Shown piece after piece: positions 1 through 42,439 of a stretch of 64,000 bases of DNA. The DNA comes from the human T2T-CHM13v2.0 reference genome, Homo sapiens. The first letter of the stretch is position 1; the number at the start of each line of letters is the position of its first letter. The notes beneath the pieces were generated by a model that was not told the origin of the DNA, did not search any database, and saw nothing but the letters and a program-made list of their open reading frames with translations. The DNA lies in assembly GCF_009914755.1 (NCBI RefSeq), contig NC_060935.1. One strand, written 5' to 3'. The position numbers and the translations under genes were made by a program.

Positions 1-411
1 GGGGCAGCTGGGTGTGGCGTGAGTGGGGCCGCCCAGTCGGGGCAACTGCAGTGCAGCCAGATAGGGTCTGGACTTTGCGTAAAGGGACAGGCGGGAACTG
101 AAGAGCGGAGGTGGGGACTGGGAGGGAGGGAAGGTATGGGGGTGAGCAAAGGGGCGGGTCCCTGGCTGCTGTGGCCTCCCCTGACCCCCTCCCCCCGCTG
201 CTGGGGTCCTCGGCCAAGCCCCCTTCTCACTGGACTGGTAAGTGTGGCCCCGGAGCCCGGGGGAGAGGGCGGTGACCCGGGACAAAGGGGATCCCCCGGG
301 GCAAGGAAGATACAGTGGCGGTGGAACCCTCCTGTTACCTACCCGTGTTCCATACTCTCCCTGCCCTCCCCCACGTTCAGTCGGTCGGTCGGGGTCTGTG
401 CCCACAGAGAC

Positions 412-2053
<1,642 letters not shown>

Positions 2054-2527
2054 CCAGACTGGGGAGGGGCAGGGGGAGAGGCCCCCATCAGGGACCAGAC
2101 TGTTCCAAAAAAAAAACAAAAAACAAAAACAAACAAAAAAACACTTAAAAGCCCAAGGAGTAAGCCTGTGTGTTTGTGGGCCCTGAGAGACTCAGAGACC
2201 TCAGCTCCAGCATACCCCACCACCTTCTCCTTTCCCGACTGTGGAGCCTTGGGGGTCTAGGCTCAATGACATGGTGGCCCTTGCCCAGAGAAAAAGGAGT
2301 GTTCCTGCCTGCCAACAGCAATACTGCTCCCCCCACCCCCACAGCTCCCCAGCCACTTTCAACTCCTGGTCTGGGAGCCAGCACTGGGCTATCGTCATGG
2401 CTATGTGGCCCTTAGGAAGGCCTGTGGTCACCTGGGGAGAAGCTGAGCTGGCAGAAGTCAAAGAGCAGTGTGCCCCCCTAAAAGAGACCAGCCGAGCCTG
2501 TTAGCTGCACCAAAGGCGTATCCTAGC

Positions 2528-2533
2528 TTTATT
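2528..2533 (-). terminator. PPP1R14B: PPP1R14B polyadenylation signal AATAAA
   Basis: TTTATT on the + strand, about 245 nt past the stop codon. Confidence 0.85.
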
Positions 2534-2775
2534 AAAGGGCCCGCGCCGCAGAGTCAATATAAAAACACAAAAAGTCCCATCAGTTTAATAACAATAAAAA
2601 ACCCCAAAAGTGGAAAACTGAGGGGGCAGGGGAAGAGACCCCTGGGCCAGGGGCACGAGGAGCCCTGCTCATGGCACCAGGCCTGGCCGCAGGGTCCCCC
2701 GGTATTGCTGTTGCTACGAGGTTGGGGGGCAGCGATTGTCCTGTGGGAGCCACCGTTCTCCTGGGTCGGGGACCC

Positions 2776-4694
2776 TCACTTCTTCTGGGGTGTGCTCAGC
2801 TTCTGCATGCCCCGGATCTTGTCCAGCAGGCCAGAAATGAAGGCCTGGATGGGGTGGGAGGGTAAACATTAAGGAGACCAGACCCCAAGATGACAGGAGC
2901 CGGGCTCCCCTCACCCTGCCACCCCCGCCAGCCCCCCAGGAAATCTCTTACCTCTGTGGGTTTGTAACAGTCAACCAGCAGCTCCTAGCAGAGGATGGGG
3001 GAGGAAGGATAAGTGAGTCCTCAGGAGTGGGGGCCTGGAGCTCGCCTATACCCACTTCCAAGAGACTGGGGCCACCCTGAGGCACAGGAGATGCCACAAC
3101 AACCTCACAGCTAGGCATTGGCCCCATTCTGTTGAGGCAGGAGCTGGGGCTTGAGGGCCTGGCTCCACAGCCTCACTTTCCCGGGGCAGTGCCTCAGGCA
3201 ACCCATCGCCCCCCAGCCCCCTCACCTTGACCCTGGCAGCCCGGGCATCGTCACTCTCCATGTCCAGGAGCTCATCCACGTCAATCTCCAGTTCTGGGAT
3301 CTCCTCTTCCTGGGGTGGGGGTGGGGGAGGAGGGAGAGACATAAGCCTGAGTTGGAGAGAGGGTGTGAGAGGGGCTCTGGGTTGAGGCCCCTGCCTACCT
3401 CGGAGGAACCCAGCCCTCTGCCCAGCAGACAGAACAGCAGCTGCTCTGGGGAGGAAAACAGATCAGGCCCGTGCCAAGGCAAACTGCCCAAAGCGGGGTG
3501 GGGGGGGAGCTTCCTGTCCCTGCCAGTGGGCACGGGGGGTGACAGACAAGGCCAGACAGCCAGGGTTGGGGACCTTGGGCTGGGAACCCAGCAGATGTGT
3601 CTCCCCAACATCCGGGCCCCCCATCTCACCAGAGCACCGGTGGGTGCAGCTGTCCCAGCTTATCATACCCCCCTCCCCTCCCCCAAACACCTGTCACAGC
3701 TCCCCGGGAGTGAGGAGGAAGTGAAGGCTGAGGGGTCACTGGGAAGGACCCAGGCCTGGCAAAGAGGAAACAAAGAGCCCATGCTTTGGTGAGGGAGGGG
3801 ATGCCCACCACCCTGCCACACCCTCCCCAGGAAGCCCCTATCCTGTTTGTAGTCAGCTGCATTCCAGGGCTGGGCTAGGGTAGGCAGGCAGCACCGGGCA
3901 AACCCACTCCTCCACCCTGCCCCCCGGGGCCTGAGTCACCGTCTGAACAACCAGGGAGTCATGGGGGTGGAGAAGCAGAGCCCAGAAAGCGGGCTAGCCT
4001 GCACGCACGCCAAGATGGAGCTCCAGGCTAGCCCACAGAACAGCCCAGCCGCAGCCGTCCTACCAGACCAGCACCTTGTAACCACAGTCTAACCCAGCGG
4101 GCACCAGGCGGTGAGACCTCCTGCCGCTGCCAGCCCAGGATAGCCCCCTTGCCTCTTGCCCAAGGCTCAGGCTACCCCTTGAGGCGTCTGGAGGACACTA
4201 GGCTTGACCTGGGGAGTGGCATGATGGGGGGCAGGGTCCGAGGCAACGGAGAAGGCAGAAGTGACTTAGGTCAGGCAAGAAAGAGTATATATTGGGGGCG
4301 GGAGTGCAGAGGGGAGGGGAGCGCGCGGGGAAGCAAAGCGCCCTTTGACTCCAGTGACAGGCGAGCTCACAGTGGAGCTGCCAGGCGGACCGGCGCGAGA
4401 CCGATTTTGGGGTGTCGGCGCGGGGTGGGAACACACCTGGCAGTCGTAGAGGCGCGTGAGCTGCTCCAGGATCCACTCCTCTAGGTTGAGGCGCTTCCGT
4501 AGCTCCTTGCGGTCATACTTGACGGTGACCTTCCCTTGGCGCCTCACTGGGCCCTCATCGTCCGCCCCGCCCGGGCCCTCTCCTGCGGCCCCGGGGGGGC
4601 TCTGAAAGTAGACGCGTGGTCCTGGGCCGCCACTGCCCGGCCCGGGGGCCGGGGCCGCCAACGCCGCGCCCCCCGCGGTGCCGCTGTCCGCCAT
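2776..4694 (-). CDS. PPP1R14B: PP1 regulatory inhibitor subunit 14B (PHI-1), 147 aa
   Basis: Exons 4694-4437, 3309-3226, 2984-2952, 2844-2776, total 444 nt. RVYF (RVxF) motif, CPI-17-family RQGKVTVKY phospho-site (T57), strong Kozak GCCGCCATGG. Confidence 0.97.
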
Positions 4695-5900
4695 GGCGGC
4701 CGCCGGGGCCACGTGCGAGCGTCGGGCCCCTCCCTGCGCCACCGCCTCCGGGACGCCCGCCGGCTGGCTCGGGTTAGCTCGCCGGCTCCGCTCCGCGCGG
4801 CTCCGCGGCGAGGGCGGCGGCGGGGGCGCCCGGGGGCAGCTGCAGCATGCGGAGCCCCCGGGCTTGGCCTGGCCGCGCCCCGCCCCCTCCCCGCCGATCC
4901 GCCCGCCCTTTGTCCCCCGCGGCCGCCGCCCGAGCTGCAGCCGCCGAAGCGCTTTCTCTGTCTCGCTCTTCCTCCGCCCCCCGACCACACCCCCTTAAAG
5001 GGCCAGCCCCTCTACAGGCCCCTCTCCCCTACTCCGCCCCCGGGCAGGGGTAGGGGAGGGTCTATTCGGCAGGGGGTGGCCTAGCTGTCCGTACTCCCCA
5101 AACGCAACCTTCCAGTCCCAAACCCAGGCGTTCTAAGCGCTCAGGACGACGATTTGCGCTCACGCCAGGACCCTAGTCTTCATTGGACCCTTCCTCATTC
5201 TGTCCTCATTGAGGCCATCTGAGAATAGGGGCTATCTGAGAATGCAGGGGAGTGGACATCGTGTGCAGACAGGGAGTCTGGTGAGGAGACGCTGCGGTCC
5301 CCGATGTCCAGGTCCTCCAGCCCTCGGCCAGCGAGGAGCGAACGGGCTCCTCCGCACGGACCGACACGTGGACTGGGCTCCTGGGAAAGGAAGAGTGGAG
5401 AAGGCGGGCAGGAGCTGTCCGGGTCCCTAGACTCTCCGAGTAGCAGGTCCCACGCCCCCAGCGGAAGAAGCCGGGGCTGGGGGTGAGCGGTGGCACCCGG
5501 CCGGCCCAAACGGCCAACCCCGGGCAGCCACCGCCCACCGGCAAGATGGCGCGAGGCTCGGGCTTGTGGGAAACGGAGTCCGCTCCCGGCGCCGCCCCTC
5601 CCCCGCCCTGCGGCCAGGCCGGGAAGCGCAAAGTTGTTTGGGGCGTCCTCTGCGCCTCGCGACCCGAGTGCGCACAGAGGGGGAAACTAAGGCGCAAAGA
5701 GCTGGGCAGTGCGGGGGCCGCGACTTATAATAATAAAGGCGGTAATTGCGGCTGACCCTAGGAGCGTGCGTCGGGACCGCCGCCCAGTCGGCTCCGCAGA
5801 GAGGGCGCCGTGCCGGGGCTCCTGCACCCCCGCCCTGCGGCTCCTCGGTCCTTCACATAGCCCTGGCCCACCTCCAATAAGCCGACGGCGCATCCCATTC
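4300..5900. promoter_or_regulatory. CpG island and PPP1R14B promoter
   Basis: Dense CpG, GC boxes, and a TATA-like CTTTAAG on the minus strand at 5000-4994. Confidence 0.8.
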
Positions 5901-5939
5901 CCTCCCTCTATTTTATTTTCTGCATCTTTAAATGGTCTC

Positions 5940-6160
5940 ATTCATTCGTGTATTGTCTGTCTCCCACTTCTAGATTGTGAGTGCCACGGGGCTGAGGCCT
6001 GCGCCGACCTGGTCTGCTGGTGCTACCAGGCTTGAACAGTCTTCAAATCCACTGCTATTAGGCAAATTACCTGGCTCCCGCTGAACTCCAGCACCTAGAA
6101 CTATGTCACACTCGTAGTAGGCCGCTGCATTGGTTGAACAAATGATTTTGAAAGAATGAA
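5940..6160 (+). mobile_element. L2 LINE 3' end remnant
   Basis: TTGTCTGTCTCCCAC..TAGATTGTGAG ... CAGCACCTAGAAC ... GTAGTAGG ... GTTGAA..AATGAATG resembles the L2 3' terminus. Confidence 0.6.
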
Positions 6161-9100
6161 TGTCTTCCTCTGTGCCTGCATTTCCTCAGAAGGCTGTAAC
6201 AAAGATTAAATAGGAAAATTCGTGGAAAGTTCAATTACTACACCACAGAGGTTAATTAAGTCGCACTGCTAGATAAAACGGGAGACGAGACTTTGAACCC
6301 AGGCTGTGTGGCTCAAACCCCCTGACACGAAGTCTCTACTCAACCTCCTCACTACCCTGTAGACACCACCCAATAAGGCTGCGCAGCTCCCGGGGGATGT
6401 TTCTGTGGAAGGCAGGCTCACCTTGTGCCACCCCAAACAGGGTCTTGGATCTGAGAGGCAATGTTTCTGCTCCAGCCCCTCAAAGACACTCTTTGGATGT
6501 TGTGGGGGGAAGCCCTCTGCAGCGGGTGGGGTTCAGAGATGGATTGGGATTGGCCCCGGGGTCACACAGCTGGGGCTGCATCCAAACTCCAACCCAGGAT
6601 GTTGGGCTCCTCCTTTGCCCTATAGTCAGAGAGAAGAGACCAAGAGAAGACAGAGGCTGGGCATTGTGAAGGCAATGGGCTCACAGGGCTCAGTTCAGGG
6701 AAGGGTAGAGTGAGCTGACCCCTCCCCTTCCCGTGCCCCTCCTCCGGCCTCAGCCTCCCTTCAGCCAGTCTGGGTGCCGAGGAAGGGCTGACCCTCGCTC
6801 TTGAGGATTAGGTAGGATCCACCCTCTCCACCGGGAGCCCTATCCGTGGCCTGGCCTCCTGCCCTAAGCCTGGCCTGATAGGAGGATCACTTTACCCCAG
6901 TCCAAATTCCCCACCACACCCCACCAGGCCAGGCCAGCTCCCTCTGAACCCAAGCATTGTTTGTACCTTGAGGGTGCACACAGATTAAAGGGGGAAGACC
7001 CTCAAACAGCCCCTAATGCCCAACAGCTTCTGTGGAAGTGGGGCCTGCAGGCCATGAAGACCCCCAGCCCTAGCTCTGCCCCCAAGATGCTGTGACCCTG
7101 AGCCCTGACCTTTCTGTCTGTCCTCCCTCAGGGTTGGTGTGAAGGTCTCCAGCCATGTCCGTGTCCACAGGTCAGGCATTCTTTCTGACTCTCCCTCTTC
7201 CCCCCACCGCGCCATGCCCAGGCACACCCAGATTCCTGTCCAGTTCCCATGGCTATCCACCCGAGACCACTTGGTGCAGGTGGGCATGCTGGCCTGCCAC
7301 CTTCTTGGAAGCTGGGCCACAGAACCTTAGCCTTGGAGTAGAAATACTGGGTTCAAATCCTGGCTCTGCCCCATGGGCTGAGAGGCTGTATGCAAGTCAC
7401 TTACCTGCTCAGAGCCTCTTCAGGGGGCTTATGGTCCTGACCTCCTGTGGTTGGGGGCCCATGCCCAGCCCTGGCCCTCCTGCCTGAGCCCTACTGGGAC
7501 TGGAGTGTACCACTGCTCCTCCTCCTTCTAGCCTCAGTCTGTGGCCTCCCCAGCCCTACCCCTTCCAGGGCCCCAGCCCCCCTCCATTAGAGTGCATCCT
7601 TGAAGCAGAGGCTCTGGGGAGGGTCCTGTGGGTCAAGACCGCTCCTTCAATCAAGGGTAGAGTCCGGAAAGGCTGCCTGCCTTCACCATTACTGCCTGCT
7701 GAGATACCCTATTACCATTACCAAGGATGGAAGAAAGTGTCTGGGAAGGAAGGAGCCCTGTAATGGGGGCTGCCCTGGCCTCCAGAGACACAGGGTTGGG
7801 GGAGGAGAGAGGCTTAAGCCCAGGAAACAGGTGCCCATCCTGTTTTTTTCCACAAGGAGCTGCTGCCCAATGCTTCTCTAAAGTACGCTTGCACAAGGCC
7901 TAGGGCCCACAGCTCAGATCCCCTAAGCTCAGGCCTTGGCTCCAGGCTTTGCTAGCCCTGGCACAAGCTGGAGGTTCCACTGCCCCAGAGCTGACCTATG
8001 CCCTTTCCTCCCTCCCTGGTATACCCACAGCTTCCAGCTACTCATGTCAATTTGGCATCTCCCACCCATTTGCTTATGTATACAACAACCTTTAGGTTCT
8101 GGACAAGGTGACTGAGGCACCTAGAGAGACTAGGTTCTGCCACTAGCAAGAGGCTGCTAGCAAGAGCCGGATTTGAACTCCAGCCTGTGAGGGCAGAGGC
8201 CAAGCTCCACCTTGCATGGTTCTGTTTTCCCAATGAGGTCTAGAGGCTCCTGGGCCTCAGGAAGTCGGAGGGTTGAAATCCTCCTAAGAAGCTGTGTGAC
8301 CTTGGGCAAGTCCCTTCCCCTCTCTGGGCCTCAAGTGGAGATCATAATCACACCCCACAGGGCCAGGGCTGAGAGCGAGGAGATCCGCCAGGTTAGAGTT
8401 GATGGAGAACTTGGCGGGGTGTGGAGGAAGGCCAGGGCCAGGCAGGGCTCCTTGTGGAGGTCTCAGAGCCTGGGGCAAAGGGGCCTGCAGGGGAGCTCCT
8501 CCTTTGCTGACCCCTCCTCCCCCAGAGCCAGCTGCATCTCTTTCTGGGTTTCTAGGTGACTTGGCTGGCCCCTCTGGATGAGTTCTACTTTAAACCTGCT
8601 GCTGTTACTGCCTCTGTATTGGGGGGGCTCCCACAGGGGCCCCCAGGCAGGAACCCCCCCCACCAGCTAAGCCCTGCGGGAGGGGCTGCAGCCCCCACCC
8701 ATCCCATTGCCCATGCGCCTTCCCCGCTCCCATCTCTGGAACGCAGATTTCAGGGCACCTGCTGTGGGCCAGGCACTGCAGAGCCCCTCCTCAACCCTCC
8801 TGTCTGGGGACATCCACAAAGCTTCTGACCCCTCTGGGCAGACAACAGCGTTCCCCCCGCGGTTCCCAGCCAAGAGGCTCACAGTCAGGCTCCAGTCATG
8901 GGAGTCTGCAGCAACAAGAAGGGGGCTGTTCTAGGGCTCACTCTCGAAGACCAGGATGCTTGGGTCCTTAAAGGAGGTGGCAGGCGCCCGGCCTCCCTGG
9001 GCTAGGGACGGGGGAGGGGTGCCTGCCGGCGGGAGGTCCATTAGCCGGCTAAGTGCTCCCAGGGAGGGGGGACCGCGCGGCATAAGAGTGGGTGAGGCGA

Positions 9101-9670
9101 AGCCAGGGCAGAGGGGGGCGGAAGAAGCTTTTCCTGCATTCAGCTAAGTGCGGCAGAAGAGGGTGGGCGACAGGGCTGTGCAGCGACCCCCCGGCCCAAG
9201 TCTAGCCCTCCGCTGGTACTGCAGCCCTAGTCGCTCGGAAACCTCAGTGGGCTGATCCCGGACCGCCTTAAGCAGCGCCCTCTACACCCAGTCCCTCCAG
9301 CTGCTCCCCAACAGCCACTTCGGCCCCCAGCGCCCTCCTTCCACCACAGGCCTGAAGAATCAGGTTCTGCTGAGCCCCGCAGCAAAGCCCCCGACCCGTC
9401 CGCGTGCCCCTGCCCCAATCCCCGCTCCGGCTGCAGTCGCCGCCCCGGCCGCCAGGGGGAGCCGACGCGGTGGGAGGGGGCGGGGCCCGGGAGGCCCCGC
9501 CCCGTCCCCGCCCCGCCCGGGCCCCGCCGAGGCTCTGGTCGGTCCGGGACAGACTGGCGGGCGGGCGGGCACTGACGCCGCGGGGCCGGAGCGGGCCGCG
9601 CGGTGGGAGCAGCGGCGCCGTCGGTCCCCGTCAGGGCTCCGTGGGTCCCCGACCCGCCCCTGGCCGGGCC

Positions 9671-25584
<15,914 letters not shown>

Positions 25585-25930
25585 ACTGGCTGAGCGAGGT
25601 GGCCACAGGGCCAGGGCGGGCGCTGGGTGGAGGGCAGGAGGCAATGACACTAATGCTTTTTTTTTTTTTTTTTAACTTTTTATCTAGAAATTTTATTTTT
25701 TTAAACCCGGGGCAAGTACCTCAGCTAACTCCCTTCATCCTCCTGGGGCCCCTCCTTCCTGCCCTCAGTCTTAGGTTAGGGCCTTGGTCAGGGCTTTGCT
25801 CCCTGTGACACCCACACCCTCGAGCTAGCAGCGTCTCCTCCCTTCCCCGGGAGAGCTGGCTGGAGACTTGGAGCTCCGGGAAGTAGGAGTCACATTTTTT
25901 TCTCTATTCTTTGGGGATTTTTTTTACATG

Positions 25931-25936
25931 AATAAA
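25931..25936 (+). terminator. PLCB3: PLCB3 proximal polyadenylation signal AATAAA
   Basis: AATAAA followed by GT-rich downstream sequence. Confidence 0.85.
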
Positions 25937-27875
25937 AGTGGATTTCAGGGACCCTGTGTGCAGTGTGATTTGGGGTGACAGGACTCTGGGCCCTAAGTTT
26001 CCTCATCTATAAAATGGACTTTGGGCATTTGGTGGGGTTGAGGTCACGCCTCCAGCCAAGGGCTGCTGGGTTGAACCTGAGCTTGCCCTGCCGAGTCTGC
26101 TGAGCTTCCGTGGCCTTCTGCTTGTGCCCTCTGCCCCCAAGCCGCTGTTCCTGTTCCCCCATCCCCATGACTTTCGTCTCTCCGAGGCTCTCCCTGTTCT
26201 CTCTTTTCTGAGGCTCAGGCCTCTGCTTCAGGAAGCCTTCCCTGCCCCGCTTCCTGTGGCCTGATATGACCCAAACGCCTAGCATCTTCCGCTGGGGCTG
26301 CTCTGGGCCCCCGACAGGCAGTTGACTCTATCAGGTGATGGATCGGCCAGGGTGGAGCAGGGCAGCTCAGAACCTGCCCAACACCGGGGGACCTGGGTCT
26401 TCAGAAATAGGTGGGCAGTAGGCCTGCCTGTGACTCTGGGGGAAGGGAAGTGGACAGTCACAGACACGCAGGGGCTGGGCCACCCAGCATCCCCTCATCC
26501 CTGTGAGGGAGATGTTATGCCTGTTTTACAGATGAGGAGACTGAGGCCCGGAGCCATCTGTCGTGTGCTAGGCCACAGCTAAGTCAAGACGTCCTGACCT
26601 GGAGGCAGGGCAGGCCTGGACCCTCCGTGGTGGACTGTCTTCAGCCAGCCTGGACCTGTCCCATGCCTCAAGACCAGCGAAAAGTGGCAGAGAGCCCACA
26701 GTGCGGGCTCCAGGGCGGGGCTGGGCTCGCAGCAGGGTCGGCTTGGCACCTCTTCAAGGCCTCTCCCAGCTTCCTGGCTCTTCCCAGGCTGCCCGCCTGC
26801 ATCCCTCCTCCAGGGGAAGGCGGCCTCTTATCTGGGCTTATCTCCTGCCAATTGAGTATCTTCTTTGCTTTGTTTTTGCTGCAGCCTCAGGCAAACAGAT
26901 GGGGTGGGGAGGCCAGGGAAACAGGCTCCGGAGTAGGGCCCTCCTCCCTCAGGGTCAATGCAATGGCCCCAGACTTCCTCACTTCTTCTGTGGGACGCTG
27001 CCCTATCCCCCAGTTCTGCTCACTCCAGTGTATTCCGTATCTAGGCTCCTCAGCAGCCAACTCCCACCTTCCTGACTCTAGCTGGTGTCCACTGAGGGAC
27101 ACACTCCAAGTCAGTTCCCAGGTCCTCAAATACCAGCTGAATGTCTAACTTCTGGGTGTGACATTCCAGCCCCTAGAAGCCTGGCCTCTGCTGCTCCCCT
27201 GTCCTTCCATGGGTCCACTCCTCCTTGCGCCGGGGGGGATGACGCTCACCTCACCTTCCGGTCGCAGCTCTAGCTGCCTCCTCCCTGAAGCCCTCTCTGA
27301 CTGCCCTGCCGATTCCGGGCCCTCGGGAGCTTCCGCGAGCAGGGCCGTGGCGCAATGCATCTCTGTGCCCGGCACCAAGAACCGGCCCGGGTTATAGGGG
27401 GCGCCAATAAATCTTTCTGGAACGGAGCCCCCGCTCTGTCCGGGTCCCCGCATGAAGCCTCAGTTTCCAGCGACCGCGCTGCTGCCAGCCTGGCTCAGCC
27501 GCTCCCTCCCGCCCCGCGAGGTACCCGGGCGGCGCTGGCCCCGGGCCGGCCACACAGTAGCTGCTGGAAAGGGCTGACCCAAATAGGAGCGAGTGACCCT
27601 CTCTGGGGGGCCGCGGCACGGTTTGCAGAGCGCGGGATCGGGCTGCCGGCAGCGCTGCGGTCCCAATGCGCGTGCTGGGGACTTGGACCTGGGCCGCGCA
27701 GCCCAGGCCCGCGAGCCGCCGCGACCCCTTCCGTCTCTGTCGCTGGATGTCAGGCAGAGCCTAAGTTTCCCTCGTAAGACAGCGGCCTCTTTTGAAAGTA
27801 TCCGTGAGAGCACTACCCCGGCCTGCCGGAGCCCCAGTCGACGCACAGAAAAGCCTCGGCGGCACAGACGCGGGC

Positions 27876-27881
27876 TTTATT
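27876..27881 (-). terminator. BAD: BAD polyadenylation signal AATAAA
   Basis: TTTATT on the + strand, about 355 nt past the BAD stop. Confidence 0.85.
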
Positions 27882-28236
27882 AACATTTGGTAGTGAGCAC
27901 GGCCCCCAGGGCATCGCGGGGGCTCGGGTCCCGGTGACGCAACGGTTAAACCTGGCTCGCGACTTAGCGCAGGCGCCTGGGGGAAAGCCCGGAGCCTGAG
28001 GGCGGGGCCACGGAGCCACTTCCGGCGGCTGTGGGCGGAAAACCCAAAACTTCCGATGGGACCAAGCCTTCCGTGGCTTCACACGCACCGGAAGGGAATC
28101 TGGGTCAGCCCTCCCTCCAAAGGAGACAGCACGGATCCTCTTTTTGCATAGGCCTGAGGGAAGTACTTCCGCCCATATTCAAGATGGCTGCCCAGGGCAG
28201 TGGGAACGGGTGGAGTTTCGGGATGTGGAGCGAAGG

Positions 28237-42332
<14,096 letters not shown>

Positions 42333-42439
42333 GCTCTGGGCTGTGAGGACAAGATGTTACGTAGTCAAGGCACAGCTGGGGCCAACGGTGGCCCTGGAAG
42401 GCAGAGGCAGGTACCCCTGGCTTCCTCTCCCACCGTAGC

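Larger units (their letters stand above)
3870..6240 (+). ncRNA. PPP1R14B-AS1: Probable antisense lncRNA (PPP1R14B-AS1-like); ends approximate
   Basis: Candidate donor TAG|GTCAGG at 4270, acceptor CTCCCACTTCTAG ending 5973, ATTAAA at 6205-6210. Existence of the transcript is recalled, not demonstrable from sequence. Confidence 0.45.

Noticed and set aside
9470-9530. G-quadruplex candidates here and in many introns
   Set aside because: G-runs are ubiquitous in this isochore; none stands out without computation.
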